Part shown: in pieces, positions 51,501 to 64,000 of the stretch
Position numbering within the stretch: position 1 is the stretch's first letter
Layout of the letters: each line of letters begins with the position of its first letter
Assembly (NCBI GenBank): GCA_976226885.1
Contig: OZ320318.1
Coordinates: 24,490,001 to 24,554,000, forward strand
Direction: 5' to 3'
DNA length: 64,000 nucleotides
From: Iphione sp. A-MEVVRFRX5
Lineage: Eukaryota
Program-made: the position numbers and the translations under genes
Notes under the pieces: model-generated
The model's input: only the letters and a program-made list of their open reading frames with translations
Told to the model about the DNA's origin: nothing
The model's database searches: none

Positions 51501-54457
51501 TATTTTCGAGTCCAATACAAACTTTAAAAGTAGAGAGTAGATAAAACCTTTCACATGACGCGCTCAACATAATGACGAAGCTCTTGTTAAATAAATCTAT
51601 AAATTTGTGACAACTGTCAAGCTCCACAGTTTACCACGTGAGAATTAACTCGCTACGTGTGCCATTTTCGTCACTTGTATGCGACTTACATCGGTCCGGA
51701 CAATTTCGGAGGTAAAAGCAGTTCTTTAACAAAGTATGTCTGACCTAGGAAAAAAAGTTATATGTGGAAATATATATTTTTGCGGATAGCACGATTACAG
51801 CGTTACCCACACGCTACGTAAGAATCACCTTGCCATCGGCAACAGAAAAGAAACGAAGTGCCGACAGGGTGCAAGTCCCTTCCCGGCCAAACTAGACATC
51901 GATACCCTGGCGTAACGTTGATCTGGTTGACCAGCAACTCTAAAAACATCTACTTCTGAGAGCAGCAGTCATCACTTTTAGCATCACACTTCCATCGTGC
52001 ATATTCCTATTGCTATGATCGACGTCGGCGCCCTCTTCCTTTCGAATCTGGCACTCCCGACCAATCTCTCTCTCCATCGCCGTGGTTCATGGCGCGTTAC
52101 CATGACAACCACAATAAGCAGCTGATGAATTTTCTCTCGGCGTTCTCTCCAGATGTTCCCTCCGGGGCTCTATTTCCTGTCTTAATTGAAGATACATTTT
52201 GAAAAGGGAAAACCTTGGTTCGGATCTCAAATAACGGATTACTTTTAATCGAAAAGAAACCGTTCTTTGACTGCCTCATCAGGAAACGCTTGGGATTGAA
52301 ATGAAACTAACTCTTGCATATTAATCATGCAAAACAGGAACTGTAGCTCAAATGATTAATAGAAATTTTCCATGTGCTTATATATTCAAACTTAATATGG
52401 AACGGTAGCATAGATGCATTTTCGCTGTAATTCCCTTTTATCTAACTGACGTCTTCATGTACAAGTACATACATGCACATGTAGGGTTTTACTTCAACTT
52501 CTTTGGACACTGGCCATCTAGGTTAGCAACTGGAGAATTTCTTTTTACCCGTATCGTTTTTTGTTGATAATAAAGCCTAGTTTGAATAGCAACATATGTT
52601 GATCTACTACGTCAAAAGCATTACTATATGGGTAAAATCAGTCGGCCTACAGCGAGAAAATGTGAACCAATTGGCCACCGGTTGAGCGTTAAGTTTGAAC
52701 CCCTCTATATAGATTTTGCTATAGTTTGTGGCGTAAGTATGCGAAATACAAGCGGTACAATCCGCACTTTGCTATAAATCATAGCCTTATTGAATTGATA
52801 TAGGGTATAGAGATCGCAAACTCACCGGTCGCTGGGCTCAAATTATCACACCCGCGAGCAAGCCGAGGTGGCGGAGTTGGGGGAGGTGCTGAAGGTGGGG
52901 GGGGGCGGGCAGGTGGCATTGAGTACCCTGTCACGTGGCACAATGACCTGCTGACCGCTAGGTGTGGAGTTCACCTGCGGAGATATAATTGACGAAAACT
53001 GTCTGACAAAGCAAACGTCATGTTCACATGGCGCAGCCGTCAGGATGGTATTAACGATATCAATTGTTTGGTGAGGGTGGGGAAAACATTCGTGTCGCGG
53101 AATTTAACAATTTATAAGCGTAATCTCCCCCACCCCTACGCTCCCTTCTAACAGAGGGATTCCAGTCTCGAGAGGACTTGCTGGCATTGTTTGTAAGACT
53201 TAGTCCTGCCCAGGATGTATGGCAATGGCGTTGGACTCCACCCGGCACAAATGTCACTATGCGGTTGTCGACGCGACCCCCACCGTCCTCCCAACACAAC
53301 TAATCAAGTAGACGCGTTGACACCAAAGGGCCAGAGGTTCCCAGAAGGGCTGCCTGACATCACTGCATCAGTGAAAGACGGAGCCAGGCGTATATAATAC
53401 GATCGGATGTTGCCACCGACTGGAGGTTATGCATAGAATATACATTTGGATACATTAGTATGGTGAAGTAAATGAATACATGTACAGGTAAATTTTGCAG
53501 ATAGATAAACGAAAAAGGGCGATCTGATAAGTATTGAAATTTAAAAAAAGGTCAATATACATAGTGAATTGCATGTCATAATATATTTTATTAAAACAAA
53601 TATTTCGGATGAATGCATTAATATGTTTTGAAAATTAATACATTTTGAAATTTCTTTACCATGAGTGGTTTCCATGTCCACTATCCTTAAAGGTACTGTA
53701 TACATGTACACGATTTGTACATAGGTTCATTGAAACGGGTACCTTATGAGGATTAATGCAGAGCATGCTGTCCAATTACCACATTTCCTGCTAGCTTGCT
53801 TGCTGGTCATGTGGCCATGACTGTTGGACACGAAGGCTAAATCTTTGCACCAAGTTCAGCCATACACCCTCCCACCTGGTGCGGTCACGTGGTCAGGCAA
53901 CTGATGAGTCATCGGCCATTATGGTCAGCAGTCTCCTGCTTTAGCAAGCTCCCCCTCCTCCCCTTTTTTTAAACAACAACCCACCGCATATTATTACTGA
54001 TGCCATAAGCCACACGTCTGTCCCCTAAATCTGTTCATTAATACAGACATCGTATTCGGCGTAATTAACTCTTTAATTGCTAAAACCAATAAGAGGGCAA
54101 AATTCTGACGGATTCACCAAGCTACTCCGCCCTATCACTGCCTCCGCCCCGGCGCGGCGAGTGAGCGGCTGCCCGGCGACTGACGCCTCGGGGCGAGCTG
54201 CTCTAGTTTCTTTTCTTCCGACTCGGATGTTAGCAAAAACCGGGAGGCCATCATGGAAGAGGTATTTAATCAAAATGTGGGTTAAAAGGTGAAGGAGAAC
54301 AAGTTGTTCGGGGGGGGCATTGCAATATATCTTCGAGGTAGCGGTCGTGGGTCGACTGCTTCAGGTAGATCGCTGTTAGGATTGGCTGGAAAGAACTCAT
54401 TGGGTGATGTGACGTTTTGTTAACGAGAGTATTATATTTTGTGATATTTAAATTGTC

Positions 54458-54540
54458 GGGGGTTAGCTCAGTCAACAAGAGTGATGGCCAGCACTGTTTG
54501 AATGATTTAGAGGTTGCAGATTCAGTCTAGGGCTCATGAC
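54458..54540 (+). mobile_element. Possible decayed tRNA-derived SINE head
   Basis: gggggttagctcagtc (A-box-like) ... gatttagaggttgcagattcagtc (eroded B-box-like). Spacing is about 10 nt too long and there is no cloverleaf, so it is not a tRNA. Confidence 0.25.
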
Positions 54541-55444
54541 TCTTGATCATGACAAGGGTTACTATATCCCCAACTCACAGTGATCCACAAAAGGCTGTGG
54601 GTATATAGGATTCTGTCTCCTAATCACAAAAAGACACCAGAAACCTGTTCAAAATAAGAGAAGGGGGCAACAGCAAGTATTCTGGTTTCTCAATGCTCAG
54701 TTATATATATACTAGCTTAGGTAGGATATCGAAGACTAGCTAAGATAGCTACATATATAGTTCCTAGTTAAATATACAATGAAAATGAGACGAGAATGAC
54801 GTGGTGCTTCAGTCTGATTCCGATGAGGTTGCTTGTTGTTCATGTAGGTAGAAATGAAGAAACACCTCAGGAGCCATGAGGGACATGATAAATCAAGTAA
54901 GATAGACACCCAGAAGGGTATCCATGAATATAAGAAGTAAAAGGAGCTTGTTTAATGTGCTTGTTAGGAGGCTTGTTCGGTTGCTTGGGACTATTTTTCC
55001 TACAGGATGCGTAGAGGGTTGCCGGAGAGGGAAGGTCGACCTCTGATGAGGCCCAACATCCTTGTGATTAGGGTATAATATTGATGACGCCCTGGAGGCT
55101 CACCCGTAGAGCTAAAGGGCATTAACCACAGCGAGCCGCAGTCAAGCCAGTTTAAGGTCTTAGGGCATGAGGCCATCCCATAGGTTGCGCACTAGCCAAT
55201 GACGACGAAGCACGTGGACAATGACGGTAGTTAGGAATTGCGAAGCCATATTTTCGAGACGTGTTCCAGTTCATGATACCTCTCTTTATTGATTTCTTTA
55301 CAATAGTGAACGTTATTTCCTATAATCATAAGATAGACAACGCATTTTTGACACCTAATGCTGAAGAATGCTCGAGCATGACCTCTGATTACACATAAAC
55401 CAATGTCCCCCTCGCAAGATGTGAAATATGATGAAGTCATTTTG

Positions 55445-55520
55445 CACACAATCACACAGATACATACACTGACACACACATACGTACACACACATACACA
55501 CAAACAATATGTACACATAT
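55445..55520. repeat. Degenerate (CA)n/(TACA)n microsatellite
   Basis: cacacaatcacacagatacatacactgacacacacatacgtacacacacatacacaca. Confidence 0.85.
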
Positions 55521-57372
55521 AAGGAACAATAATTCTTTCGCAAACCATGGGTATACTCGGGCAGTGCCTCAAGGTCTGATGATGAATAGCAAATGCTTTT
55601 GCTTATATTTTCTTGTTACACGTATATTTACTTAAATTTAGTTCCGTCCATATGTTTATGCAGTCAGCATAGAATTCTTTCAAGCACTGCATGGTTGTTT
55701 CCGTACCTTTACGTCTGTACTTCTGTCGAGTGTTACTGTTTGCTTGTGAAACCTCATGAAGGCCCGAATCTGCAAAACAGTCTTGCCTCGATCGTTTAGT
55801 TATAAACCTTTCTTGTTTCCACGCACCTAGCGGATGACGTCACCTGGACCACGTGATACATGACTGTAACCACATGATACACCATTCCGTAATAAAACAC
55901 GCTTCAAAGTCTTAGGTCTCACAACACCGTTTCTACATTACAGGCACTTTTCCGAGTAACCAGTCAGAAATTATTCACATGCAATTGCTATCAGGTATGG
56001 TGATAAATTGATACTACATGTGATTTGATATACTACGTGTATACGTTATACAGACGTGTTCTTACATTTATTTGAACGCATGACCTGCATATAGTGTATC
56101 TTGCATCGATACATAATTTGGTATGTGTTTATTGGTGGAACTTTAATTCCAAAATGCAATTTCTGCATTGTCTTGGTGAATATATTTTCTACAAGTTCCT
56201 TTTTCTTTAATATTTGTCTGGATAGAGATAGTCGGATATAGTAATCGTGTATAGGGCTAGCATTTGCATCATTTCATTATGTTCCAAACTTGCTTAATTA
56301 TGTACGAGAAAAAACTTTTATTGATGTATTTTTAACATGGAAGGTACGTCGGCGTAGGGAGAATGCTAACGTCAGAATGATTATTTGAAAATAGTTTTGT
56401 ACCGTGAAAGATGTTTGCATGTTGGTTTACAGACTGTGTCACTAATGGCATGATACTTAGCGAGGTCAGTTAATTATCTGGTGTTTGTCTCTTGCAATCC
56501 TTTGTAGAACAGTGGATTTGTCATAAAAGCCTTGTCAACAAATGTAGATTACAAAGTGTTGAAATCACAAATTATCATGAATTAACATTTTTCTCTATCA
56601 ATTAATACAGATCCGGATCGTCTCGTGTATATGCTTGGGGGCAACCAGAGTTAGTAGTATTTTTTGACACTTTATTATTAAATTTTAGTTTCTTGATCGT
56701 ATCGTTGGTGAAGTGATAAAGTGATCGCGACCCCCTTCCTTATTGGATAGTCTATGTTGTACATCTGATACTATCGTCAATGTCTTACATCCGTACACTT
56801 GTTACATGAGTACCGTACACAGTGACCCCCTCCCTTTACAAATACCCCTTTTGTCCTATGTGCACAGAAAGCCTAGACTTACGCATATATATCACTGGGA
56901 GGCCTGATATAATACAAGTAATTCTGAACTCATCAGTATCAAGATATTCCTATTAGCATACAGTGATATCTCCTTCATCTCGTAAACGTTATTTATCAGT
57001 AACAATCACAAGCCATTTCCAGTTATATGTACAAAATATGTGTTTCCTCCTTACCAATAGACTTTCTGTATACTGGTCTCGTCTAGATTCTGGTTTTCAT
57101 TCGGAAAACATCTGATGTCCATCACTGCAATCAAATTCAGTGGGGCCATTGTCTTTATCTATGGATGGTACAGTAACTTAGGAATGTAATGGCGTAGGGT
57201 CCTCACCTTTAGTGTAATTGTTGTTTGTCAATAAAGATTGTGAATATTTAGGTTTCCATTAGCCTCCCTCAGACCTGAAGTGGCACCCAGTGGCACGCAG
57301 TGACCAGTTCGGTTCTCGGAATGTCAGTTTGCTTTGTGGTAGGAAATGTGGACAGAAAACCCCTCTTATAAG

Positions 57373-57381
57373 CTACTGGAG
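57373..57381 (+). CDS. Candidate 9-nt microexon (C TAC TGG AG)
   Basis: Weak acceptor aaacccctcttataag| and strong donor GAG|GTAAGA. Confidence 0.2.
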
Positions 57382-57952
57382 GTAAGACAGTGTGGTAGTT
57401 TGGCCGCAATTTGTATTTATGCATAACATGTTCACACTGTTAGTGTATTCGACTGCATTTTATTGGAAGTAAAGTCAATAACACACTGAGGTAAATCAAT
57501 TGACTCTTAAACAAGAGATTATCAGTGTAATTAGCTGATTAACATTGCAAAAGATCTAAAAACTTACAATCCTGCTCTCTCCCTACATAAAGGCATTTCT
57601 GCTTTGGCTCAAAAACCTGCAAACTAGTAACATCCTTCACGAAACATGATGTCTGGAAGAATTGAAAATAAAACGCTTTTTCTCCGATTAAATTGACATA
57701 TTCTTCCCGAATTAAGAGGCGGTGCATAGTAGTAATCATCTAAAATCTGTTTTATAAAAAGTCATCCTGACCAATACTAATCGATTTTAAATGGAGAGAA
57801 GCGAGTGTGTGTATCTGATTAGATAAGGAATAATCCATGGGTGAAATAGACGGGAGTACAAGACTAAAAGCGTCTGTCTGTCCTTTGGCAATAGGACCGT
57901 GATTCACTATCCACTAGAAGGGGCCCTCCAAGAGAACCCCTTGCACTAACAG

Positions 57953-57964
57953 GTCTTGTCGACC
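57953..57964 (+). CDS. Candidate 12-nt microexon (GTCTTGTCGACC)
   Basis: ccccttgcactaacag|gtcttgtcgacc|gtaagt, with TGC 9-11 nt upstream of the exon and a perfect intronic donor hexamer. Open in all phases. Confidence 0.35.
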
Positions 57965-60544
57965 GTAAGTCTTGAGGCGACAGCAGGGCTGGCGCCCAAT
58001 GTAAGGCCTTTCAGGCGGCCGTCGTTAAAGGGACCTGTAATAGACGCGGACATGCCTCGCGCTAATAAAGGCTCATGGGCAAAATTGCCTGTCGCGCCTT
58101 CTGCAGCCATCTCAGGCAAAGGACCCTCTCAGTTCGGGTGCACTTATTTGCACTATTAGTTTGGGAAAAATGTCTCCTTTCCGCTGTGGCATTGACACGG
58201 TGACTAAGCCTTTCAAATCCTCCCTACGCGCCTAGTTAACTTCGGGACGTTTTCATCTTAATTACGTCAGTGTTCAAAGTCTGGAACGTCTAACATGTTT
58301 TTAAAAGGGCAACCCTTTATACTACGAGAGGAGAACAGTCGGTACACAGTAAAAATACACCAGTAACAAAGAAAGACTGTATGTTATGTGGGGATGAAGA
58401 GCGGTATATCATAACACACCTAAGAAAGAAGAAAGGAAAAGCAGAAAGAAGATATCAGCCTTTTGACTTTTTAAGTGTTTTACTTACGTTTACATGTACA
58501 TCCGAACCTTTAAAAGACTGAAAGTTCCCACAAAACAGTACTAATTCGAAACATTCCTGATTGTACATTTCACATAAGTAAAAAAAAGCAAATCCACTTT
58601 GGTTTGCTAATTCAGCCAAAATGATTCAGATTATTGTTCTGTCAAATAAAATGAAACAAAACTGGACGAGTATCTGTGACGATATATTAAACCAGACAGG
58701 GGAAATAAGCCGGAGTCTAGAGATTGAACTAAAACACCTCTTTTACACACTTTCGTCTTTGTGGCATCGTTAAATAACTGATTATTTATTTTCCCACTGG
58801 CAACGCGTCGTTTACCACAATGAAACTTTAATGCTTATCATAGCTGATTAAGCCATTATGGTTATTGGTTGGCTCCTCTGGGAGGACTTATTCCGTCGTC
58901 TTTAACAGGCTGTATGCAGGTTGGGCTGTGAAGGGATTCGGCTAGCAAACAGGCGTCAGTAGAAAGGGCATGTCCAGAAAGTCGAGCAGCTACAGAAGCC
59001 TATAGGAGCTGCTCAGTCTGGAGAACGTGCTTCTCACAAAGCACTCTGCAGCGACACCAAGAAATATTTCCACTCATTTGTTGATCAGACCGAGAAGTGC
59101 CCGTTGTGGGTAGTTGTCCTCCAATGCCTCTCAGTGCACTTGAGACTCGTGCAGACTGATAATTGACCGGTTTTTGCAACACACCAAATCAAAGTATTCC
59201 AGTCAGTATGTAAACAAATCTTCAAATCGGGCTCTAAATGATACTGATTTCACTTTTTGTGTACTTCTGCACTCCTGCTGCATAGTTGGGAATAAACCCT
59301 AAAATAAACGCTAAACGCTGCTATAAAATTATATCTATCGCTTTTGGTCAGCATGACCTAACATTAGGCGTCACTTTTTCTTCCTTTTACATACATTACT
59401 TTTGTCACAAGTATTGTTATGTACTATTTTTATCTTACAGTAAACATTATCTTATAATTATACAGATACGCTTTTTCTCAGTTGCTTGAAAGGTATCTAG
59501 CTATGATTTGCATTTGGTGCATGAGAATAAGTTAATCCAATCAATAATTTATAAAAGAAAAAATATTTTCCACCATATATCTTTTCGTTATCATTTTCTG
59601 TGATTTGGTCTTTTATGTCACCAAGTCCGTTACAAATGTGTAAGAGCAGAACCATGCGTATATTCTGTTCGCCGGGGGGAGATATCTCCAGGGATATTAT
59701 ATACGATGCCCTCGGTCTCGGGTTTCATTTGGCTGCGGTGATAAAGCCTGGCATAGATCCTTTTCCTTTGGGGATTCGTGGTAGTAGTAATGGTGGGGAT
59801 TCCTGAGTAATGGACTTTCGCTTCTACCGCGTTGTCTCCACCTTGCCTTTTGCTACGTCTTTCGTGGCTACGTTTCAATTACCCTCTAGCAATCTGAAGG
59901 TCCTAGCTCCTAGTAAGATATGATCGCCTGCTTGTCTGAAGCACACAACCTTTGTCACACCATCGATATAACATAATTTTTTGCTTTTTCGGCGTGGTTT
60001 TTACCGATACATCCTTCACTTCTATTGCTCGAAGATTGTTCGGAAGAGGACAGAATATGCATCGCTATGTATACTGACATATTTGTCCATATTAAGTGCA
60101 AAATTATCCATCATCATATTACACATTGATGTCATGTAGCGCTACACATAATGCAAAAAGTAACTTTGCTCGTGGTGACATTCTACTTAACAGTCATGGG
60201 CAAAATATTAGAAATTTTCTTTTCAATAAATGCATTTCAGCATATATTTTAAACAAACATGTTATATATTTCTAAGAAACGTCTTTTGCAATGCTGGTAA
60301 CAATTACTGACTCTGAGAGATTACTAAATCTACATGTAGTTTTTTCTTAATTTTTAAATTTGCATATATTGTGAGGACGAAGAATTTTGTCAATACTTGC
60401 GGGCCACATCTTTGACGTTGAAACGTCTCATGTGGTTTGGATACGCGCCCAAAGTCACATTTTCGTATACTACTAGTTGTTAGAGCTGTACGCACCGCAA
60501 CTGACACAGGCCCCTGTTTTGTGCACTACTACCAATGTCAGCAT

Positions 60545-60578
60545 GTAGCAGCAGCAGTAGCAGCCGTAGCAGCAGCAT
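60545..60578. repeat. (GCA/GTA)n interrupted trinucleotide repeat
   Basis: gtagcagcagcagtagcagccgtagcagcagcat. Confidence 0.9.
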
Positions 60579-60648
60579 GTCCGGACAGGCACTCCAGTAT
60601 CGGTTTAAAGTTTCAGTGCTGGCTCCATACCTGATCTATACGAATGTG

Positions 60649-60765
60649 CCCTCCCTCCCTCCCTCCCTCCCTCCCTCCCTCCCTCCCTCCCTCCCTCTAT
60701 CCCTCCTCTCCACCCTCCCTCTCAGTTTCCCTCTCTCCAAACCCCCGTCTCTCTCTCTCTCTCTT
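60649..60765 (-). repeat. (CCCT)12 plus CT-rich tract
   Basis: Twelve CCCT units at 60649-60696, then pyrimidine-rich sequence and (CT)n to ~60765. Confidence 0.95.
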
Positions 60766-63274
60766 CCGTCGAACGCATTATCGAACGGGGCGGATGGGGG
60801 GGGGGAGATTTTGGAAAGCTGCCAACAATCTCGATTGAGCGCTTGCGTTCAATGCACGTTCAGCCCCTACCTACATGACCTAATTTCCTCACGTGCACAC
60901 ACCATATTCGCTGCACGCGCTCCCTGACTGCAAACGAAAACATCCTTAAAAACTGTGCATCGAAGAAGACAACATGGATTTTACTTAAACTGGTAGATGT
61001 TATTGATTGGCGTAAAATTAACCACAATTTGTTAACATGCATTTAGAAATGTTGGCGCGTGACTCTTCGCGTGTCACTGTGGTTATGTGTTTGAATATTT
61101 TTCACGCCATTGTTCACTGTGTAATTAATTGATATGATTCGAGTGATTGAGGGATTTCCCTCTGACCGCCCCTCAGGGGCGCACGGCTGGGAAGGAGTAT
61201 GAAGAGAAAAACTGGGTCAACCATTGTTGACCGCGCAAGCCATTCATAGAAGAAACCACTCCACCTGAAGATGAGACATCCTGATTCTTCCCGTCAGGTT
61301 CTCGGATGTCCTCAAGCTGGGGAGGCAGTACTACCATCCACATTATTGTAATTAATCTTCCCGAGAACTACAATCTGTAGGATCAGAAATGTACCTAAGA
61401 AAACCAAAAAGTTTGGAATGTTAGTTCGAAATTTCATTTTCTGCAAAGAAGGATATTGAGAGAGTGATAGAACAAACAGCAATATTTGCAGGTAGTGCAG
61501 GTATACTAAGGACCTATTGAGATGAAATAATACCAACCTAAAAGGATGCACTTTGGTATAGATTCTCTTTCAAGGAAGCCGCATGAAATTACAGTCTAGA
61601 TGGCAGAGGTGCTGCTTCTGGATAGATTAGTCATAGAGTAATCTGAAAAGGCCACGGGATCACATTCCAGCCACCAGTGTATCAATAGGTCCATTTGTGA
61701 GCTCGTCGCCATGACCTCATTTCCTGCGCCTTTCTTAAGGGAGCCCGGCTTTGTTCCCGTCTCAGAGGCTGCCCGGCTCCCTCCCCGGACCCTTCAATCA
61801 CCGTCCCAGTTACAGCAGGGGGTGGTGGTTGGAAGTTGGGGGTGGGGGGAATTACCGCCTTTGCACTTGAAAGGCTGCCAAAACGATACCTCCAAGACCT
61901 GATATTGATTCTTCGTTTTTAGAAATATTTCTTCTGCGAATTTAAATTAACGTTGCATTTTAAAACCTAATCATTATGGTTGAGGGGGCCTGGGCTTGAG
62001 CCACCTGGGGGGTGTAACGAGGCAGAAGGTATTGGTCTTGAGAGACAAGATTCATGTGGCGATCGCTCATTGACGCCTGTCCTGTATTATTGATTACCAC
62101 CAGTCTAGACAGTTGACCCTGCGTCAATCTATTAATATTTTCGAAAGCAATTCCTTTCCGACGTCGTCACTACGCAACTAGGCTGGCATGAACATAGTGA
62201 TAGTTCAATTATTGTCTGACAAGACGGAACAGGAGGAGTGTTTTGTTATTTGGTGCAATACGGTCAATTGGTCAGGGGAATGTCAGAGGGATGGGCGCTT
62301 TAAGTGCTTACATGTTTGTGACTTGGACCAGAGTAAAACATCATTCACATAGCCGCAACTTGAAAACTCTCCAATATGTTGGGCTTGTTTTACTGAAAAA
62401 AAATATTGCTTAAAATTTTTTTAGGTGTGGCATATGCGAAGTGTTGGGACTTTCAATATAAGTATGTCTTCGTTTGTGGGGAGGAATAGTAGTCAGTGAA
62501 ATCTAAAAGCATTTCCCTAAGAGGACGTGTTGTATAGAATGTATGCTGTTGGCATCGTTTTAATACTAGTAATAGTCAAATAGGTTGGAGTAAAACTTAC
62601 CTTCAGGCCTAAAAAAATGTTTCCGATAACAGCCTTAAAGAATAAAGGGGGTCGATAGGAAGGTTACTTTTCTTAGTAGAGACAGGAACTTCGATGAATT
62701 CTAAGGACTACACCTTTGGTTCTACTGCTGAGATTTGAATGTAACAAAGTACATGTGAAAGGTAAGGCTAAAGGGAAGACAATTATCCATGTTATGACTT
62801 GTGAGGTCTACTGTCGATGAAGATGCACCTGTTTGAAAATAAATACAATTCAATCAGGATCAAATTTAAGGGCGGTTGGTTTATCAGAAACACAGGTGTT
62901 TTCTTTGTTTAGGCCTAACTGATGTTTGTCAGCAAAATGTCTGCGATATCCATGCCAGGGGAACGAATAAAGACATACAGATGCTCATAGTTGGCAAAGA
63001 TATGCCGTGCAGTGTTTGGATACAGTTTAAATAAGTAACAGGTAACGAGCGTAACCTGGTTGTCGGAGTCACTGCAAGTAGAACGAGAATATATCTCTAA
63101 ATATAATGATGGATATCATACTAAACTCTGGTACGTGAAGAATATTGTACATGTTGCGTGCAGATTTGGTGCTATTTCTTCTGTACAGAAGTGGCTGTAC
63201 ATATAACATGATATCACCATGGAAACAACCGTTGATCATACTAAAGAAGATAAAAACAATCTGAATATTTTAGC

Positions 63275-63336
63275 GAGATAGCCCCTGTTAACCATGAATA
63301 ACTATGAGATAGCCCCTGTTAGCCATGAATAACTAT
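63275..63336. repeat. 31-bp tandem duplication (2 copies)
   Basis: gagatagcccctgtta(a/g)ccatgaataactat at 63275 and 63306, one mismatch. Confidence 0.95.
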
Positions 63337-64000
63337 TTGAGTCCGAATAATGTAGGGCTTGTTAATATATATCTAATGGAGGAACAGCATTATTTCCAAG
63401 GGAATGCAATTGGTTGAGAGTACGAGCGGCAGGTTTTAATGAATGAGGATGGGGTCCGTTACCCAGTACGCTTCACGTAGTGCGTACAAATAAATGATGA
63501 GCTCTTTTGTGTGGTAATAACCTCACCCGGACTCATCCCACCATTCAATTAACCAGGCAAAATTCAGAGGAGAAAGCGTTCGTTCGCCCGACCGTGCGCA
63601 TGAGCATGTTGGAGCATTTCACTGCTGTTTCATGCGCCCATTAGGCGGCAATTGAAGGGCTAATTTGAGTTGATGGCATACAAATGCGCTGTTGAACGTT
63701 TTGAATATTTGACGATTGTTCCGTGATGACTATCATACACGTGTTTACTTCAGAAATCATTCAATTTCAGGACAAGTGCATTATCTGATTACATTTCCGC
63801 ATTGTCCTGAGCAGTATTTTCTGGACCTGATCAGAAACCTTTGATTGCAGTTTACGTTTTGGGCTCCAGTGTGGGAAATACACATCTAAATTTTGACGTG
63901 TACCAAGACTGCGAATCAAAAGGTCATCTATTTCATGTCGTATCCTTTAAGTGGGACAGACAGCAGATTAGAATGTGTTCGTATACCGCCATGTAGAGAC

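Noticed and set aside
40521-53698. Exact inverted 12-mers cagtacctttaa (40521-40532) and ttaaaggtactg (53687-53698), resembling TTAA-flanked Kolobok-type ends
   Set aside because: They face outward and are 13 kb apart, so they cannot bound one element. At best they are orphan ends of separate decayed copies.
59466-59492. 27-nt (or 11-nt from 59482) + strand microexon candidate
   Set aside because: The stronger acceptor gives the frame-breaking 11-nt form, and the donor AAG|GTATCT is mediocre.
62601-62608. Minus-strand 8-nt microexon-like unit (catttttttag|gcctgaag|gtaagt)
   Set aside because: Not frame-preserving and has no partners. Recorded as evidence that microexon-like patterns arise by chance here, which tempers the main finding.

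Overview
This is eukaryotic, moderately AT-rich, almost entirely non-coding genomic DNA. I see no operons, rRNA, intact tRNA, CRISPR array or long ORF. The longest listed ORFs (169, 143, 141, 139 and 137 aa) are microsatellite/low-complexity read-throughs or lack any recognisable domain. The style (patchy CpG-rich islands, GA/CT tracts, many TACATGTA palindromes, old non-LTR fragments) suggests an invertebrate deuterostome such as a lancelet; this is inference only. Firmly visible features are a decayed CR1/L2-type LINE reverse-transcriptase remnant (~6.7-7.6 kb), a LINE 3' end with an (ATCTGA)n tail (~30.0-30.3 kb), a MITE-like element with a (CCCTAA)n core (~10.4 kb), a probable Tc1/mariner-pogo MITE (~51.4 kb), a 15-bp minisatellite, several short tandem duplications and many microsatellites. 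The most interesting hypothesis is that the window is the 5' regulatory and intronic part of a large + strand gene. In that model a CpG-rich first-exon region at 46.9-49 kb supplies an 8-nt coding start (ATG GCT AG), followed by frame-preserving 12-, 15-, 9- and 12-nt candidate microexons. No gene could be named, and all exon calls rest on splice-signal reading by eye, which has a high false-positive rate.
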